48,118 nucleotides of DNA from Chiloscyllium plagiosum (Eukaryota), in NCBI RefSeq assembly GCF_004010195.1, contig NC_057719.1, forward strand, positions 58,676,010-58,724,127, in the 5' to 3' direction. Below the pieces are notes generated by a model. It made no database searches and was not told where the DNA came from. It saw only the letters and a program-made list of their open reading frames with translations. Shown piece by piece: positions 11,718 through 25,318 of this stretch; position 1 is the stretch's first letter; the number at the start of each line of letters is the position of its first letter. The position numbers and the translations under genes were made by a program.

Positions 11718-12047
11718 ATCATAGAATCCCTACAGGGTGGAAGCAAGCCATTCAGCCCATTGAGTCCACACCGACCCTCCAAAGAGCATCTCATCCTGAC
11801 CTAAACCTCCAACCTATACCTGTAACCCCGCATTTCCCATGGCCAATTCTTCTAGCCTGCACATTCCTAGATACTGTGAGCAAATTAGCATAACCAGTTC
11901 ACCTGATCTGCACGTCTTTGGAAAGGAAACCAGAGCATCCAGAGGAAACCCACGCAGACGTGGGGAGAACTGTCCAAAGCTGGAATCGAGCCTGGGTCCC
12001 TGGCGCTGTGAGACAGCAGTGCTAACCACTGAGCCACCGTGCCACCC
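11718..12047 (-). mobile_element. HE1-type tRNA-derived SINE (older copy)
   Basis: Minus strand starts gggtggcacggtggctcagtggttagcactgctg with A/B boxes and ends in a CR1-like tail. Confidence 0.9.
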
Positions 12048-13289
12048 AGTGGTCATCCTAGTAGCCCTTACTGTTAACCTCAAAGTCTTCATTCTTCCCT
12101 ACGTTCACACAAAAACCATCTTTATGACTGCTGCCCACCTTTTCCATGCCGTCTCAGCCATATGAGGTGATGATGTCAGGTTGTGGTCATAGTCTGTCTG
12201 CCTCTGGAACCCAGAACTCTGCTGACTGTGAATGAGTGCCACCCCCTCCCTGCTGCATAACCATGTTCCGTCCTTCACTATTGTATCTGCCTTGACATAC
12301 AGAGTTGCACCCCTTCACAACTCTCACAGTCCTGCTTCCTTGGCCTGTAGCCATCGATCTACAAAATTAGGTTCCCCAGCTTCCTTTCCATCAGCATCAT
12401 CCCCCTTTATGCATCACACCTCCTTGCTTCCATTTATTGGATGGATCTTATAGACTGATTGTGCCCAGACCCTTGAACAACTTAATTGGACAATCTCAAA
12501 TGAGGAGTGCACATACTCAAACTGATAGCTGTGCATTTCTCAATTGTTACCAGTAGCCTGTGGATTAGCTACTATGAACACACAGCGCTGACCATGCCCC
12601 ACTCCTGGACTGCAGAGACACAGGCTCCCTGACCAAGACCAACCCAACTGCCCTAACTCTGCCCAGTCTCTTGGACTGATCTCAGCGGCAACCCTTAATT
12701 TACTCAGTCAGGACACCCTGACTGACAGATGTTCCATGGACTTCAATAAACTCTAACTCCCCTTAGACTTTGCTTGCAACATATGCAGTGTATTTACTGG
12801 TTAAGCTGCTGAGACATGGTACAAATGTGTTATTGACATTACAATATGGCAAGATGTCCACCCCTTGACTACAGACTGCTGACCAGTGAGACAAGCTGCC
12901 TGGCTCTCTAAATGGGCTAAGCGGCCAGGCACTAGGAGAGTAACTCAGCATCCCTGAGATGTAGCCTGGTTTGGTTGAGTTGAGTGCATTCCCTACAGAT
13001 AAGGTGTTCTTACAGCAATATTTCAATACAAGTTGCCAGTGCACCCAAAGTGCAATTTTAAAGTATTAAAGCATCCTGTAAGTGGATCAGTGTGGTGCCA
13101 TGAGAGTTCAGAAAGAGTGATGAATACCAGTATTTGAGATAATGGAGTTCATGTGATCACTGCTCAAGAACCATATACTGAGACATTGTTGCTGGATTTC
13201 CAAGGTGGAGGTCTGGAGGAGCAAAAGGTAAGCAAGCCAAGCCACTCCTCTGGTTTTCTTGTCAAGAATTCTAGACAGCTAGTTTGTTT

Positions 13290-14790
13290 GCAGCTGGCGA
13301 TGGGAGATTATACATTAATCAAGCAAGATTCACAGTTCATAAGGCTGACAATAAGCAATAATCCCACTTCATGTGGACTCTGCTGCCATTGAACAAGAAT
13401 CTCCTCACAACACCTGAAACTCTGTTGGAAAAAGTAATTAGTTTCTCCCAATGTTGAAACAGACTTTGCTCTACTTTCATGTGATTAACCCAGATTGCTC
13501 ATCATAGCCCACGTAATTCAGGAAAATGTAAGATTCCACACTCAATTTTGTTCTCAAGTGCTGTTTATGATGGATTTTCATCAGTATTGTGAAGATTCTG
13601 TGGTTCCTCTTTATTAAGCATAGGTGTTCATTCACAGTCTATGCTAATGAAGATGGTAGGAGAAAGTGAGGACTGCAGATGCTGGAGATCAGAGCTGAAA
13701 ATGTGTTGCTGGCAAAGCACAGCAGGTCAGGCTCCTTGGATGCTGCCTGACCTGCTGCGCTAATGAAGATGGTAGACAAGATTAGGCAATGATAGGTCTG
13801 ACTCCTCTCATGGCATTGGTGATGCAAACATCTTTGAAACTCCTTCCTCTGATGGTGATATAATCAAGCAATTGCCATATCTGTAGTGAGGATGTTTTCA
13901 TAAGGCCTTTTATTGGCTTCTGAATATTTATGTCCAGTCATGGTCTGAGTATTTCATCAGAAGGAGGACACCATTTATGTTTGCCTTTCCCATCTCTTCT
14001 TTGCAGGTCGCTCCTTTCCAGGGTCCCTCCCTCCCAAACCTGGAATTGAAACCACCATGGAAAATCAACCCATCTCTCTTTAGGATACATGGCAACAACT
14101 GGTCATGGCTGGTATAAAATGCCTGTTTAATCTCATCCAACCTTTCTAAGGTTGGGGTCTGTGGTGTGCTGCTTCTGGTTTAGGTTAAGCTGAAAGATAA
14201 TAAGGAATTTATTTATCCAATAAGTGGCTTCCTGAGACAGGCAGCTCATTTGTCTTTTTATGACAAACCGTTTCTTGTCGAGTTGGTATATTTCCTCAGG
14301 TTTATCCTTCCAAAGGAAGGTGTATCAGCCACCTTGTTCTTTGAACTGATCTTCACTAACTGAGTGTCTCAGTTAGGGTCATAGCACCTGAGTTTACAGG
14401 CTATGATAGAAGTGTCATGTTCAGATCAGTTGCTGCTGAGTTTGTCCAAGTGTCATGATGTTCCAAATCCCAAACCTCATTTTGAGGGGGTCGAAGATCC
14501 CTGTGTGGGTTTCTTTAACAGAGAATGGCCATTGTACATCAACTACAACACACTGACTTACTGATAATCCGCAAACTAATTGGACTTGACCCACAATTCA
14601 TAGACTGGAAGAATGCGGATCCCTGGACCCTGATCACAACAAGTACCCAATTGGCCATGACAGAAGACCTGGATCAGATGACACGCTTGACTTACTTAGT
14701 GGGACCTCTTGATTGGACTGAGGACTACTCCTCTCAGACTTTCAGACATGGCCATTTAGTTAAAGCCCAATCAGTTTGTTGCTGCAAAAG
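13290..14790 (-). mobile_element. RTE-clade LINE 5' part (APE endonuclease), decayed
   Basis: ATG at 14480 reads MRFGIWNIMT; also EDQFKEQGG*YTFLWKDKPEE and FHGGFNSRFGR..WKG...GKANINGVLLL. Confidence 0.8.
13659..13758. mobile_element. Minimal ~100 bp fold-back pLTR element, family A (no hammerhead core retained)
   Basis: Family A terminus ggagaaagtgaggactgcagatgctggagatc; inverted gcacagcaggtcaggc/gcctgacctgctgcgc; perfect 17-bp flanking repeat gctaatgaagatggtag at 13643-13659 and 13759-13775. Confidence 0.9.
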
Positions 14791-17700
14791 CTGCTGACAC
14801 GTGTTATTGGGTGTGCCACTGACATGGCATGGTGCTGTAATACAACATGAGCACTCATTAACATTTCAGTGTTGGTAAGTATTGTCTTCTGTCTGCACTG
14901 AAAGCCAAGGCAGTGATGCAGTGAGCTAAGTAAGCACAAAGTGAGAGAGCACGAAGAAAGCAAGCTGAGTGCCCTGAGGTGTACCCCATTTCAATGCATA
15001 AGATGGATGTCTGCCCCTGTACGCAAATTTGCCTGACAGCATTGTTGCAATCTAAAGTTACCATGGGGTCTGAAGTGCAGTAAGAAGTGCATTATAAATT
15101 GATCTGAATGTGCCGTGATGGTGTGGTGAGGCTGGTACTTTGACCAGCCTTCTGTGGTCATAGGGTGCAAATAAGTCACTGCACATGAAGCATGCTGAAA
15201 TGTTGGGGAGTGACGGGTAACATGGAGGCGTGGAGAAGATGCTGGGTGAGCTGCAGCTGCCAGGTAACTACCCTGATTTCTATATTGGGAATTGGCACCA
15301 TCCAGTTTCTCACTGTTAATTTAGAGAACAGCCACTCACATAGAAATTTGTGAGATTAACTGTTAATGAGATGCCAATGTATGCATATAGGGCCCTTACC
15401 ATTTACCAGCAAAATCCTCACTTTGCTTCTGAAACCTTGAAAGGAAAATCAGACTCTGTTTCTCAATGCCAAAAATCTAATTTTCCATTCTCGCCGTACT
15501 TTCCCCACCTTTCTCATAATTGCCCACCTTGTTCAGATGCTGAGAACATTCCATCTAAAGAAGTATATGTGCAATGAACTAATGTACAAAATCTTTTATC
15601 TCCAAGCCAAAGTCCTTAAAGAGAATTCGAGGCATCTTTTCATTATCTTTTTATTTCAACTATTGTCTTGCTGCCATTTTATATATCCAAGTGACTAAGT
15701 GGGCATTTGATTTAATATTTTATCCAAATGTTGGGCACATCCTTTAGAACTGCATTATCACCTTAGATTATGAAATCATACTTCTCGAATGAACATTGAG
15801 CATTTGACCAGTACTTATAAGGCTTCATTTAATAATGCTTTTGTTGAAAACTTACTAAGCTTTTATATTCTGATGACTGAACTTCTTCAGAAGGTCAAAG
15901 AATGTTACTGACCGAAAGACTGAAAGGTTTCTGAATAATTTTCATTCAGCTGAGTCAAGATGCACCTGGTTGATGTGGAACTCTGTGTTGCAGCATTATT
16001 GTTAAGGTACTTGGCAGGACAGACTCCTTCACTGTGTTAAAACCTACTTGACAGCTATGGCAGCATTTATCTCATGAGATTTTCATTGAGGCAGTCTCTA
16101 TTTGTTTAAAATCAAAGTACCGCAGAAGCTGGAGATTGGAAATAAAACTATAAAACAGGTCTGACAGCATTTGTTACTGTTTCAGCTCCAGTATGACTCT
16201 TCAGATTGTTTCTCGAGGATCAAAAATAGCAGACCTCTATAGTGGAACTCCTTTTTGCATCTTACTCAACATTACACTAAGATTTCCTTTTTGACTAAAG
16301 GGGAGGTCCTGCCATTTGTGAACTTTGAAAATTACCCTGAACCATCTCTACCAATTTAGGTTTTAAGTGCTGCTGACTTGTAAGGCAATTTAAATCCATC
16401 TTTGTAAATACCAAGTACTTTCTTTTTCTGTATTTTTGATTCCGGATTGAAATGAGAAAAGGACAACAAAGGATTGTTGAAGGATTGCTGCATTTGTAAA
16501 CGCAAGTTATCCAACCAACATTGTAAGTACTGTTGTGCAGCTGTTGATTCAAGCAGTAGGGAAAGCCTTGTTACAGACTAGCTGAAGACAGCGGCTGTGT
16601 ATGAATAGAAATTTGGTCAGCAACAAGTATCCAGTTGGTTTTCTGAAATGGTGACCATTCATCAATTACAAAGGCCTTCTGTCTACCAACAGTTGTGTTT
16701 GGCTCACAAATAGCTGAACAACTTGAGAGTGTGAATATTTGAGGCAGAAGCCATCAGACTTCTGGAAGAGAAGAGGCTATTTTTGCTCTACAGTAAAAAG
16801 CATCTCAAACCTGAATATAGCTAGTTTATTTCCCCTCATCAGTTGCTATAAGCTATGATGTGCAATAAATAAGCCAGAGGCTTCAATAAGTTTGAACAGT
16901 CACCTTGTGCCTCCTGTAATCAAGCAAAAATGCCTGGAGAAGTAGTCGCATTCTGATCAGCAAAAGGATCATCTCAGCAAACCCTTTTGATAGACCACTG
17001 AATGACCTTCCAAGTATTTTTCTCTGCCTGTAATACCCATTTTTATTTCTGTGTTTATGTGCGTGTAATAGGAGAGTTCATAAATGAGTTAGAGTGCATA
17101 ATAATTTATCTATAGTTCGAATCTATTTATTTGTTGTTAATAATCATGCTTATTTAGTACAGAAACCTGGTTCATGCTTTCTTTCTGTCAGGTCTAAAAG
17201 ACAGATAAATGGGGAATTCTGCATACTATTAAAAATTCTTTAACTTTTGTGGCAACTTTGGAAATTGTGAGGTCTTATTTTCAGTGCACTACCCCAGTGA
17301 GACATAACACCTTTTAAATCTTCTGCTTCTTTGGACTGCTCATACTTCAGTGCCAATGATTAGCTCAGTCTTTGAGGGAACACAGACTTAGCCAAATCAT
17401 GAGGATCACATAAAGCATATTAACATGGTATGTGTCTTTATGCTTCTAGTTGTGCAATCACTTCATTCTAATTAGAAATATAAGCCCTTCAATGAGAGAT
17501 CCCATTTTTGATGGTGAAATAATGGAATAGAGTTGGAAAAATAGTGTCTTGTTCATGACTCTTACATCACTTATCTAATGATTGGAAGGAACTTGATAAG
17601 GCAGTAATTGGTGAGATTAAGTTTGTGAATAGGACATGCTTGGAAAATCTTCAACTTTGTTTCAAAAATGTCATTGTCATAATTGGAATGGTTTGACTAG

Positions 17701-18036
17701 AAGTCAGCAAGCTTAGATGTACTGGTCATTCATGAGTCTTCATTATTACATGGAGCATATTGACTAAATGCACTTTTGTTTGTATGCTCAGCAATTTCAT
17801 TGTGTTGCATGTATTCAATCCAATTTGCAAGATAACCGTATTGATTTTGGGGGATCTTTAGATAAGGTGATTAGGATTACCTGCTTTGCACTTCTTCTGA
17901 ACATGCTTAGAAACATTTTCCGAATCTGAAACATCTTATTGCAGGATTTTTGATCTGTAGCCACCTGTCTGTATATAATTTTATTGGAGGAGCAGGAGAG
18001 ATCAGAGAGAGAGAAAATGAGGCAAGCTCCAAGGGA

Positions 18037-19494
18037 GTTAGACTCATAGAGTCATAGAGATGTACAGCACGGAAACAGACCCTTCGGTCCAACTCGTCCA
18101 TGCTGACCAGATAACCCAACCCAATCTAGTCCCACCTGCCAGCACCCGGCCCATATCCCTCCAAACCCTTCCTATTCATATACCCATCCAAATGCCTCTC
18201 AAATGTTGCAATTGTACCAGCCTCCACCACTTTCTCTGGCAGCTAATTCCATACATTTTCTGCATGAAAAAGTTGCCCCTTAGGTCTCTTTTATATCTTT
18301 CCCCTCTCACCCTAAACCTATGCCCTCTAGTTCTGGACTCCCCGACCCCAGGGAAAAGACTTTGTCTATTTATCCTATCCATGCCTCTCATAATTTTGTA
18401 AACCGCTGTAAGGTCACCCCTCAGCTTCTGACGCTCCAGGGAAAACAACCCTCGCCTATTCAGCCTCTCCCAATAGCTCAAATCCTTCAAACCTGGCAAC
18501 ATGCTTGTAAATCTTTTCTGAACCCTTTCAAGTTTCACAACTTCTTTCCGATAGGAAGGAGACCAGAATTGCACACAAAATTCCAACATGACCTAACTAA
18601 TGTCCTGTACAGCCGCAACATGACCTCCCAACTCCTGTACTCAATACTCTGACCAGTAAAGGAAAGCATACCAAACGCCTTCTTCACTATCCTATCTACC
18701 TGTGACTCCACTTTCAAGGAGCTATGGACCTGCACTGTAAGGACTATTTGTTCAGCAATACTCCCTAGGATCTTACCATGAAATGTATAAGTCCTTCTAA
18801 GATTTGCTTTCCTAAAATGCAGCACCTCGCATTTATCTGAATTAAACTCCATCTGCCACTTCTCAGCCCATTGGCCCATCTGATCAAGATTCTGTTGTAA
18901 TCTTATGTAACCTTCTTCGCTGTCCACTACACCTCCAACTTTGTGTCATCTGCAAGCTTACTAACTATACCTCCTGCTCACATCCAAATCATTTATATAA
19001 ATGATGAAAAGTAGAGGACCCAGCACCGATCCTTGTGGCACTCCACTGGTCACAGGTCTCCAGTCTAAAAAACAACCCTCCACCGCCACCCTCTCTCTTC
19101 TACCTTTGAGCCATTTCTGTATCCAAATAGCCAGTTCTCCTTGTATTCCAAGAAATCTAACCTTGCTGACCAGTCTACCTTACTGAAAGCCTTACTGAAG
19201 TCCTTATAGATCACATCTACCACTCTGCCCTCATCAATCTTCTTTGTTATTTCTTCAAAAAACTCAATCAAGTTTGTGAGACATCTTTTCCCACGCACAA
19301 AGCCATGTTGACTATTCCTAATCGGTCTTTGCCTTTCCAAATACATGTACATCCTGTCCCTCAGGATTCCCTCCAACAACTTGCCCACCATCAACGTCAG
19401 GCTCACTGGTCTATAGTTCCCTGGCTTGTCTTTACCACCCTTCTTAAAAATTGGCACCACGTTAGCTGACCTCCAGTCTTCCGGCACCTCACCT
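18037..19494 (-). mobile_element. CR1 LINE, 5'-truncated (RT to 3' tail), relatively young but frameshifted
   Basis: [67 protein letters not shown]; ctatgact tail repeats. Confidence 0.95.
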
Positions 19495-20886
19495 CGATTA
19501 GATAATAAATCACATTTCCAAACCACTTCAAAGAATACACAAGTAAAAATTGGGTCTTTACAGGAGATTTACTTTGGAACATTGTGCTTCAGCAAAGAGT
19601 ATGTAGGATAGTTTTACCATCTACTTCATAATGGCTTGATTGGTAAGGTGGATAAACCTAGAGCATTGATCAGTAGGTGGGAATATGACATTGTTGCAAT
19701 CACTGAGACATTGTTGAGGGAAGGACAGGACTGGCAGCTCAACATTCCAGGGTACTGAAGCTTCAGGTTTGATAGTGGGGATATGAGAGAGGTGGGAACC
19801 TTGCATTATTGAAAAAGGAAACCATCACTGCAGAAATGAGGGAGCAAGTCCTAGACAGGTGTTCAAATGATGCCATCTGGCTAATATTTAGAAATAAAAA
19901 AGATGATTCCCCTTGCTGGGATTATACTATAGACAGAGGAAGATCAAGGAGCAAATAGGTAGGGAAATCACAGAAAGATATGAAAGAAACAGTTATAATT
20001 GTAAGGGGTTTTCAATTTGCAAACATTAACTGGAATTGCCTTAGTGTGAAAGGATTCGACAGGGTAGAAATTTAAAGTTTATTTGTACCAGCATACAGAT
20101 AGTCCTACTAGAGATAGGGCTGTGCTAAACCTAATCCTAGGAAATTAAGCCAGTCAAGTGATGTTAGTTACAGTTGGTGAGCACTTTGGGGATAGTGACC
20201 ATAATTCTAGGTTTCAAAGTCATTATGGAAAGGTCACAAATTATCTTTGACAGATGGGCTCAAGGGACACCTTGGAAGAAAATCAAGGAATGGTTTTTGA
20301 TAAGTATATCAAGAGCAGCAGGAATACCAGGGAAAGAGTAGAACCTATTAGAGAACAAACAGTCACTCTGCATGGAGTCAATGGACATGGGCAAGGTCTT
20401 AAATTAATATTTCTCATCTGTAATCACAGAGGAATTTAATCCCGATAAAGGTGGTGTTGCATTTTGGGAATAAGGGAAGGATACACACAATGAATGGTAG
20501 ATTCCTAAGGAGTATTGAACAAAGGGACCTTGATGTACAAGTCCATACATGCCTGAAGGTGTCAGCACAGGTAGACTGATTGGTGAACGGAATACTTGCC
20601 TTCATTAGCTGGGATGTAGAATAAAGGAGCAAGAAAGTCATGTTACAACTTTATAAAACATTGGCTAGTCCACAGATGGAATAGTGTCTGCAGATCTGGT
20701 CGCCACATTATCTGAAGGACATGATTACACTGGAAAGGGTATAGAGGAGATTTTCCTGCGTGTTGCCATGGATGAAAAGTCTCAGTTATGGGGTTGAATT
20801 TGTTTTTCTTGAAGAAGAGGAAGCATTTGTTGAGGTTTATAAAATCATGAGAGGTATAGGCAGAGTAAATCATGAGAATCATTTCT

Positions 20887-21032
20887 CAAGTCCTAGACAG
20901 GTGTTCAAATGATGCCATCTGGCTAATATTTAGAAATAAAAAAAGAGATGATTCCCCTTGCTGGGATTATACTATAGACAGAGGAAGATCAAGGAGCAAA
21001 TAGGTAGGGAAATCACAGAAAGATATGAAAGA
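20887..21032. repeat. Local direct duplicate of 19845-19987
   Basis: ~145 bp identical except a 3-nt indel in the A-run. Confidence 0.92.
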
Positions 21033-21252
21033 TATCTAGGTCATGTCTAAGACCAGAGGGCATAAGTTTAAGGTGAGGGGTAGGGTAGTTTAGAGGAGAC
21101 CTAAGAACATTTTTTTCACCCAGATATTAATAGATATCTGGAACATGCTGCCTGAGAAGGTAGTAGAGACCTGTACTGTTGCAGTATTTAAGAAGCAGCT
21201 GTATGAGTACTTAAAATACTGGAGCATAGTTGGCAATGGACCAAGTGCAGGT

Positions 21253-21978
21253 TGTTACGACCAAGGGTAAACTCCTCTGCTAATTTGAACCAGCAACACA
21301 GAAAAGATTCACCCTATGCTGTAATCTGTTAAAATTTGAGAGGCAAAGAACTATCCCAGAGGTCACTCTATAAAGTAAAATTAACAACTTTATTCTTTAA
21401 TTCCAACTGAGAATATTAAAACCAACAACTATTTACAACTCCTTTCTCTTAAAGCTATCTTTTACCTCCCACTCTACAGTACTAGTCCGATAAAAAATCC
21501 CGATTAAGATTTACAAAGAAAAATCACATTTCAAAACCAGTCAGCTTTGCTGAATTTCCTTCGTAGATTCTCCACAGGTCAGTTTCAATGTTTCTGCTGT
21601 GCAATCTCCTTCCACAGACAGGTAATTCTCAGACAGCTCTTGATATAACAGCCAACTTGTGTTGGTCTTTTGGCAGGTCTCTCTCTAGCTGTTCAAAATG
21701 TCCAATTTTTGCCCCAAAACATTGGATCGTTTCATTGGTTTTAATATTATAAAAATACTAAATTCAAATTTGATTGGACTCTGGTTTCTTGGGTCATAAT
21801 TTAAACTGATTGGCCGAATTTGAATTTGTTTTTTGTCTCATGGCAACCCATCTGCTGCTAGCTGTTTTGACCAAGTATTACATTGTTACCTTGTTCAGAA
21901 CACTTTGTGCTGTGTCTGGCAGGCCTTGCTAGCTTTTCAACTTTATTAAAGGTACAGGACCTCTACGTCTTTATAACA
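21253..21978 (-). mobile_element. Solo LTR (726 bp), Gypsy/ERV type
   Basis: TGTTA...TAACA termini; 4-bp TSD AGGT (21249-21252 / 21979-21982); cleanly interrupts the CR1 3' UTR. Minus-strand CCAAT boxes ~21720-21815 and AATAAA ~21390 suggest the orientation. Confidence 0.8.
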
Positions 21979-22315
21979 AGGTACATGGGATTAGTGTACT
22001 TTGGTATTTATTGGTTGGCATAGATATGATGGGCTGATGGGTCTTTTTCTATGCTGTATGACTTTATGTCTGGCATCTATCGCTGTCTTCTTGCATTGTT
22101 TTATTTGCACCAATAAAGGTAACAATAAAGTTATTCAATATTTGAAAGAGTACATTCATCGGGCAACTAACAGTTGGGAAAGTTAAAGAATTTGTCACAA
22201 CAAGGCAGCAAAGAAATATAGTTATCCAGTTTTAAAGGTTTGTTGGTCTAATGATGCAATTTGCCATAATCCATTCATGCAGCAAGATTGAGTACTTCTA
22301 AGCATCTTCGGAACT

Positions 22316-22673
22316 TTTTTTTTATTTATTCACAGGATAAGGGTATTGCTGTCTAGGCCAATATTTATTGCCCATACCTAATTGCCCAGAGAGCAGTTGA
22401 GAGTCAACCACATTGCTGTGGGTCTGGAGTCACATGTAGGCCAGACCAGGTAAGGACGGCAGTTTCCTTCCCTAAAGGACATTAATGAACCAGATGTGCT
22501 CTTACAACAATTGATAATGGATTCATGATCATCGTTAGACTCTTAGTTCCAGATTTTTTAATTGAATTCAAAATTCACCATCTGCTGTGGCAGGATTCGA
22601 ACCCAGGTCCTCAGAACATTATCTGGGTCTCTGGATTAACAGTCTAGTGATAATACCACAAGGCCATTGCCTC
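22316..22673 (-). mobile_element. tRNA-derived SINE, second family; decayed copy at ~46095-46295
   Basis: Minus head gaggcaatggccttgtggta...gggttcgaatcc (A/B boxes), LINE-type tail, A-rich end. Confidence 0.85.
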
Positions 22674-24835
22674 AGGAGCCATCAGAAGAAGGCTTGTGAA
22701 TGAAAAAGTCCACTCCAAGTTCAGCCTAGATGGTAACTCTGAATTGGTAGGATTTTAAGCTGGCAGACTTTAGTCATACAAATAAAGAAAAATTGTTTAG
22801 ATGTAATCCAATTACAGGAACCACAGGGCTGAGTTTTCCCAACCCTGAACAATGTGGATGATTGTAAGTCAGTTGAGAAAATATGTTGACACTAAGATAT
22901 GTTTTGACTAACAAGATGACAATCTTGCTAGTGAGCAGTGAGAAGCTCATTTGCATGCCTCAACATCTCACTATTACCTATTCTCACTTCATTTTTATGC
23001 ACCTCATTATTCTCCCTTGGACAGAGAGAAGGCAGCAATTCCTGACAAGAAAGTCAGAGCAGATACCTGATGACACAGCTCCCTGTTTGCTCGTCCTGGC
23101 ATCCATTTTAGCCAGCAGTCCCCAGTTCCTCAGGGCACACTCCATGAACAGGGACAATCTGCAGACCATGGCCACAGAAGTTGGCATGGAATATGCTCAC
23201 AATATATCACATCATGGCACGTTTCAGACTCCGTTTGAATACAGCACCAATACTTCCTGACTACTTTGCATGCAGGGACAGGCACCTATCTCTTGAACTG
23301 GAACAGGGTGCATATCGCAGCTGTTAGCCTGGTCTCTTTGCACTCACTCACTGTACATCTACTTGGAGGTTCTCAGCATCTCTTTCCATATTGCCACCAA
23401 GCTAGGTAACTCAGCCTCTCTGAGAGCAGTGATCTAAAAGGAAGCAGACATTATGCTTTATGCCGTCTTATAATATCAATGTTACACCTGCAGTACGTGT
23501 GAACTGCTTATGCGATAAACACACTGAATGTACTTCAATTAAATAGCAATGTCTAAAAATCTAATGAGTGCATCCAGAGTCAAATCAAGGGGGCTCTTGT
23601 AATCAGAGGCTCCTGTTATCATCAACGGAGTCATCTGATATCAATCAGGGACTTGGACATATTCAATTAAGCACTTGGTACATCGCGCTCAGGGGTTCCA
23701 TATCTTTCCATCTGAGGAGTGGGCCACGATTAGTCCTGCAGGTCCAGTGCAACCAGATGAAACTAGTTGTAAGTCAGTTTGAAACAGCACAGAAATCAGT
23801 CAGGGGGTTTGGTCACTCATTATTTGAGGCTGTCTTCCCGTGTCGTTCAGGAAGGTGGACACATGGTCAGTTATGAACAATTATGAAATGAGGTATTACA
23901 TTGAATATTAGGGAAAGAGTAGCACTCCCTTAGACAGAGTTCATACATGGTATGATATGAAAAATAGGGTATGGCATATGTAACTTGATTCTTGTAGCTC
24001 CAGTTATAATGATAGTCGATAATGTAAAGTGGAAATGCATTTAAGGATGTAAGCTTTATTTGCAATGAAGTGTCACCAGTGTCATCCATGTGCCCTCAGT
24101 AGCTATTTTGTTGCTTTCCTCCTAATATGTATATTGTATAGGGCTGTTCATGGCTGGTTGCATTGGCCTACTGCATATCTAGTCTTTAAGTGTGGTGCCA
24201 GCTGCAGAAATCTCAGAAAGTTCTGGCTGTGACAGTTGCTTCCACCACTAGTGAGCACAAAATAATTGTTGTGCATAGATGATGAAGTGAGCAGCAGTGA
24301 AATGTGTGAAATAACTCACTAGAGCTAATGAAGAAAAATCCATGAAATCTCCCAAAATTGATACTTCACCATTTTGTGGTAAAGTTCAGCCCATATTCAA
24401 TGTGACCAACCTTTGGAAATAAATATTCAAAGGTGCACAACATTCTGAAAAAATAGGCAGAAAATTAAAAGGTAAGTAGTCTTTGTAATAAAGAAAAGTG
24501 TCAGGACAGTAGCAAGAATGGATCTTGGCTCAGAAGATCAGGAACTAGAATTCATGTGGGTGGAGACTGGAAGTAACAAGCACCAAAACATTTATTGTAG
24601 TTATTTATAGGCTATCTAACAATTGTTATACTGTTAAACAGCGCATTGAGCAAGAAATAATTGAAGCCTGTATCAAATGCCATGTAATAATCTTGGGAAA
24701 CTTCAGTCTTATGGTCTGGACCAATCAAATTTGAAAACTATTGAATCTGTTGAATAATATATCTGTGCAACAATGGAGGTTTTGTTGTTATTCTCACAAT
24801 AAAATATTCCCTGTGGGGGAAGAGATCATAATATG

Positions 24836-25147
24836 GGCAGCACGGTGGCACAGTGGTTAGCACTGCTGCCTCACAGCGCTAGAGACCCGGGTTCAATTCC
24901 CTACTCAGGCGGCTGACTGTGTGGAGTTTGCACGTTCTCCCCTGGTCTGCGTGGGTTTCCTCCGGGTGCTCCGGTTTCCTCCCACAGCCCAAAGACCTGC
25001 AGGTCAGGTGAATTGGCCATGTTAAATTGCCCGTAGTGTTAGGTAAGGGGTAAATGTAGGGGTATGGGTGGGTTGCGCTTCGGCGGGTCGGTGTGGACTT
25101 GTTGGGCCGAAGGGCCTGTTTCCACACTGTAAGTAATCTAATCTAAA
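24836..25147 (+). mobile_element. HE1-type SINE, young, full length
   Basis: A box TGGCACAGTGG, B box GGTTCAATTCC, CR1-shared tail with AATCT repeats, TSD ataatatg 24828-24835 / 25148-25155. Confidence 0.95.
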
Positions 25148-25220
25148 ATAATATGAGTGAATTCCTTGTTAAGTTTAGGAACTACGCAATTGAAATAATC
25201 TTATATAGTTGCGATTATAT

Positions 25221-25318
25221 AGGTGCCACAACCACCTGATGAAGGAGCAGCGCTCCAAAAGCTAGTGCTTACAATTACACCTGTTGGACTATGACCTGGT
25301 GTTGTGTGATTTTTAACT
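25221..25318 (+). mobile_element. Solo pLTR fragment, family C, with hammerhead motif 25233-25267
   Basis: CAC/GUG stem I; CUGAUGA 25236-25242; extra A; GGAGC-AGC-GCUCC; AAAA (G12>A); AGCU palindrome; CUA triplet. Degenerate 20-bp TSD 25201-25220 / 25319-25338 (3 mismatches). Confidence 0.8.

Larger units (their letters stand above)
19620..22068 (+). mobile_element. Old internally deleted CR1 LINE interrupted by a templated duplicate and a solo LTR
   Basis: EN motifs (YDIVAITET, EHFGDSDHN), C-terminal motifs (QIWSPHYLKD), and a tail resuming after 21982. Confidence 0.8.

Noticed and set aside
12740..13150. Possible Harbinger nuclease or further Myb remnants (also ~14800-15300)
   Set aside because: Resemblance is too weak to support by eye.
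16379..17309. Possible second solo LTR ending ...gacataaca
   Set aside because: Neither candidate TG start (16379, 16569) gives a matching TSD, so it is left unannotated.
23568..23876. 102-aa ORF with a nearby GTAAGT as a possible exon
   Set aside because: No convincing acceptor and no recognisable motif on either strand.
24836..24910. tRNA gene (A/B boxes)
   Set aside because: This is the SINE head: it continues into the SINE body, with no oligo-T terminator or complete cloverleaf. The same applies to 26818, 12047 and 22673.
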